The translations under genes and the position numbers were made by a program. DNA of 63,845 nucleotides, filler included, from Octopus bimaculoides (lineage: Eukaryota), in assembly GCF_001194135.2 (NCBI RefSeq). It is 7 parts of 6 records of this genome, joined end to end, with 100 filler letters (N's around TTAATTAATTAA, not from the genome) between each part and the next. Parts side by side here need not be neighbours in the genome. Positions count along the whole stretch, not along the records: positions 62,214 to 63,845 come from NW_026319026.1; 6 more parts are not named here. The stretch is one strand, 5' to 3'. Each line of letters begins with the position of its first letter. The first letter of the stretch is position 1. Below, one piece after another: positions 62,246-63,845 of this stretch. The notes below the pieces were generated by a model. That model was not told the DNA's origin. It ran no database searches and worked only from the letters and a program-made list of their open reading frames with translations.

Positions 62246-63293
62246 GAGTAGATTCAATTTTCCAGAGAAGATAGCGACAACACCATTCCAACCAAACATC
62301 CCTGTGATCAAATTCACAGTGTTCTACAAGAAGAGACTCAATATTTCACACCAGGTAAAGAATACCAAATATCAGGAGTTGCTCAATGGGGCCCTTGTCA
62401 AGGGATGGCATGTGGCCTCATTCCCTATTCAAGTTGGCTACCATGGCTTTCCAGCTATACGACTGTATGATTTCCAACAAGAGTTAGGTCTGGAACCATT
62501 ACAGCTGAAGAAAGCCATCAAGGCGATAGGCATAGCAGCTGAAACAAGCTCAAGGTAGCAATGGCTGATAAATGACTGCATGTGGAACCCTTTCTAAGGT
62601 GGTAAAGACGATATTTATTTCACATATAATTTTGTGACCATGGGTGAAAAGCCAATTGGTGGCAGGGAAAGACTCACTGAGTTGTAGATCTTGCAGAAAT
62701 TGTCAAGTGGACAGATGGGCAAAGGGTTAAGGATAACAAAGACCAGCTTCCACTGCCATAAGGTATCAGATGCCTAAAGGAAGATGACAAGGCTCCAAAG
62801 AAGAAAGCAAAGACAAGGGGCCTCTTTTCTATTTTGCATCCAACCTCAGACTGAGAGATGCAAGTGGACTTGAAGGGAAAGCTAGTCTTTCTCATGGAGA
62901 TAGTGGTAACATCACTCTGACCAGACATGGTCAAACTCATGGTGACTTGTGGGGACAGAGTCAATATTTTCCACCAGCTAGAGAAAGTCAAATATCAGGA
63001 CTTGATTGATAAAGCCCTTGTCAGGGGATGACATGTAGCTTCATTCCNNNNNNNNNNGACTTGATTGATAAAGCCCTTGTCAGGGGATGACATGTAGCTT
63101 CATTCCCTACGTTAGTCGATTGTCACTATTTCCTACAATACAAAGGTCTCAAGCACAGACAGCTGAAANNNNNNNNNNTTGTCACTATTTCCTACAATAC
63201 AAAGGTCTCAAGCACAGACAGCTGAAAGCCATCAAGGTGATAGGCATATCCACTGAAAAAGAGCTCATAATGGCTTCCACAAATGAAGACTAG
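62240..63293 (+). mobile_element. Two tandem HERO-clade RLE LINE C-terminal fragments
   Basis: Copy 1: FPEKIATT..KYQELLNGALVKGWHVASFPIQVGYHGF..AAETSSR*QWL. Copy 2: MQVDLKGKLVF..VTSL*PDMV..KYQDLIDKALVRG*HVASF. Confidence 0.7.
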
Positions 63294-63845
63294 TTCAGTC
63301 ATTGCTGTCCCGCTCAAGCGAAGTATATAGGCTAAGAGGCAAAACACTTGTAGTTCTGTCTGAGGCAGCTGCTGATAATATAGAAAGGTTTCNNNNNNNN
63401 NNCATTGATATGGAATACAATGGATTTAGAAAAACAGCTCTTACATCACAGATGTTTATTTCAAAACACAACATTTCCTTCTTGTAGAACCCTTGAATTT
63501 ATTTATGGAACTTATTTTACGAAACACAGCTGCATATGATATCTTGTGCTAAACCATATAATGAAAGATTATGCTTTGCTTTATTCATCATACTAAAATC
63601 AATTAATTATGCACTTGGTTAACTTACTAAGTTCTTAAGATAGGTGTCTAACTTCTTGTTCTGTAAGAATTCAACTCTCAAATTAAAAATATTTACTTGA
63701 ATAATAAGGACACCTCCCTTTTTTTGTCTGTGGTAGTGGCTAACACATATGAAAATGCACACTATGTATACCATTCAGTTTCATAATACATACATGCATA
63801 TGTGTGTGTGTATATGGCTGTATGTTTGTATGTATATATATATAT

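Noticed and set aside
63002-63230. About 49-bp exact direct repeats flanking 10-N gaps
   Set aside because: Typical duplicated contig-end overlaps at negative-size gaps; an assembly artefact.

Overview
AT-rich, repeat-saturated animal genomic DNA. The SINE, LINE and mariner families look like those of octopus (coleoid cephalopod; from recognition, not a database search). About 10% of the window is N. Six identical artificial 100-bp spacers (N44-TTAATTAATTAA-N44) show it is seven joined scaffold pieces, so nothing spanning those joins is biologically supported. No host protein-coding gene can be supported; almost all track ORFs are microsatellite or gap artefacts. Recognisable content: degraded LTR/Gypsy pol; three mariner families; Tigger/pogo; CR1/L2-type, Tx1/L1-type, RTE, R4/Dong-type and HERO-type LINE fragments; Penelope GIY-YIG fragments; four tRNA-derived SINE families (about 40 pieces); hAT, piggyBac and mariner MITEs; and a 19-bp minisatellite. 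Best leads: (1) a minimal type-I hammerhead ribozyme with complete core motifs at 699-733 (-), plus decayed relatives; (2) (AAT)n tracts acting as repeated retroelement landing sites, including a Penelope element split inside its poly-Asn linker by a 5'-inverted, two-family chimeric R4/Dong LINE; (3) a SINE variant whose 3' tail resembles the local Tx1-type LINE tail; (4) several unexplained long hairpins and palindromes.
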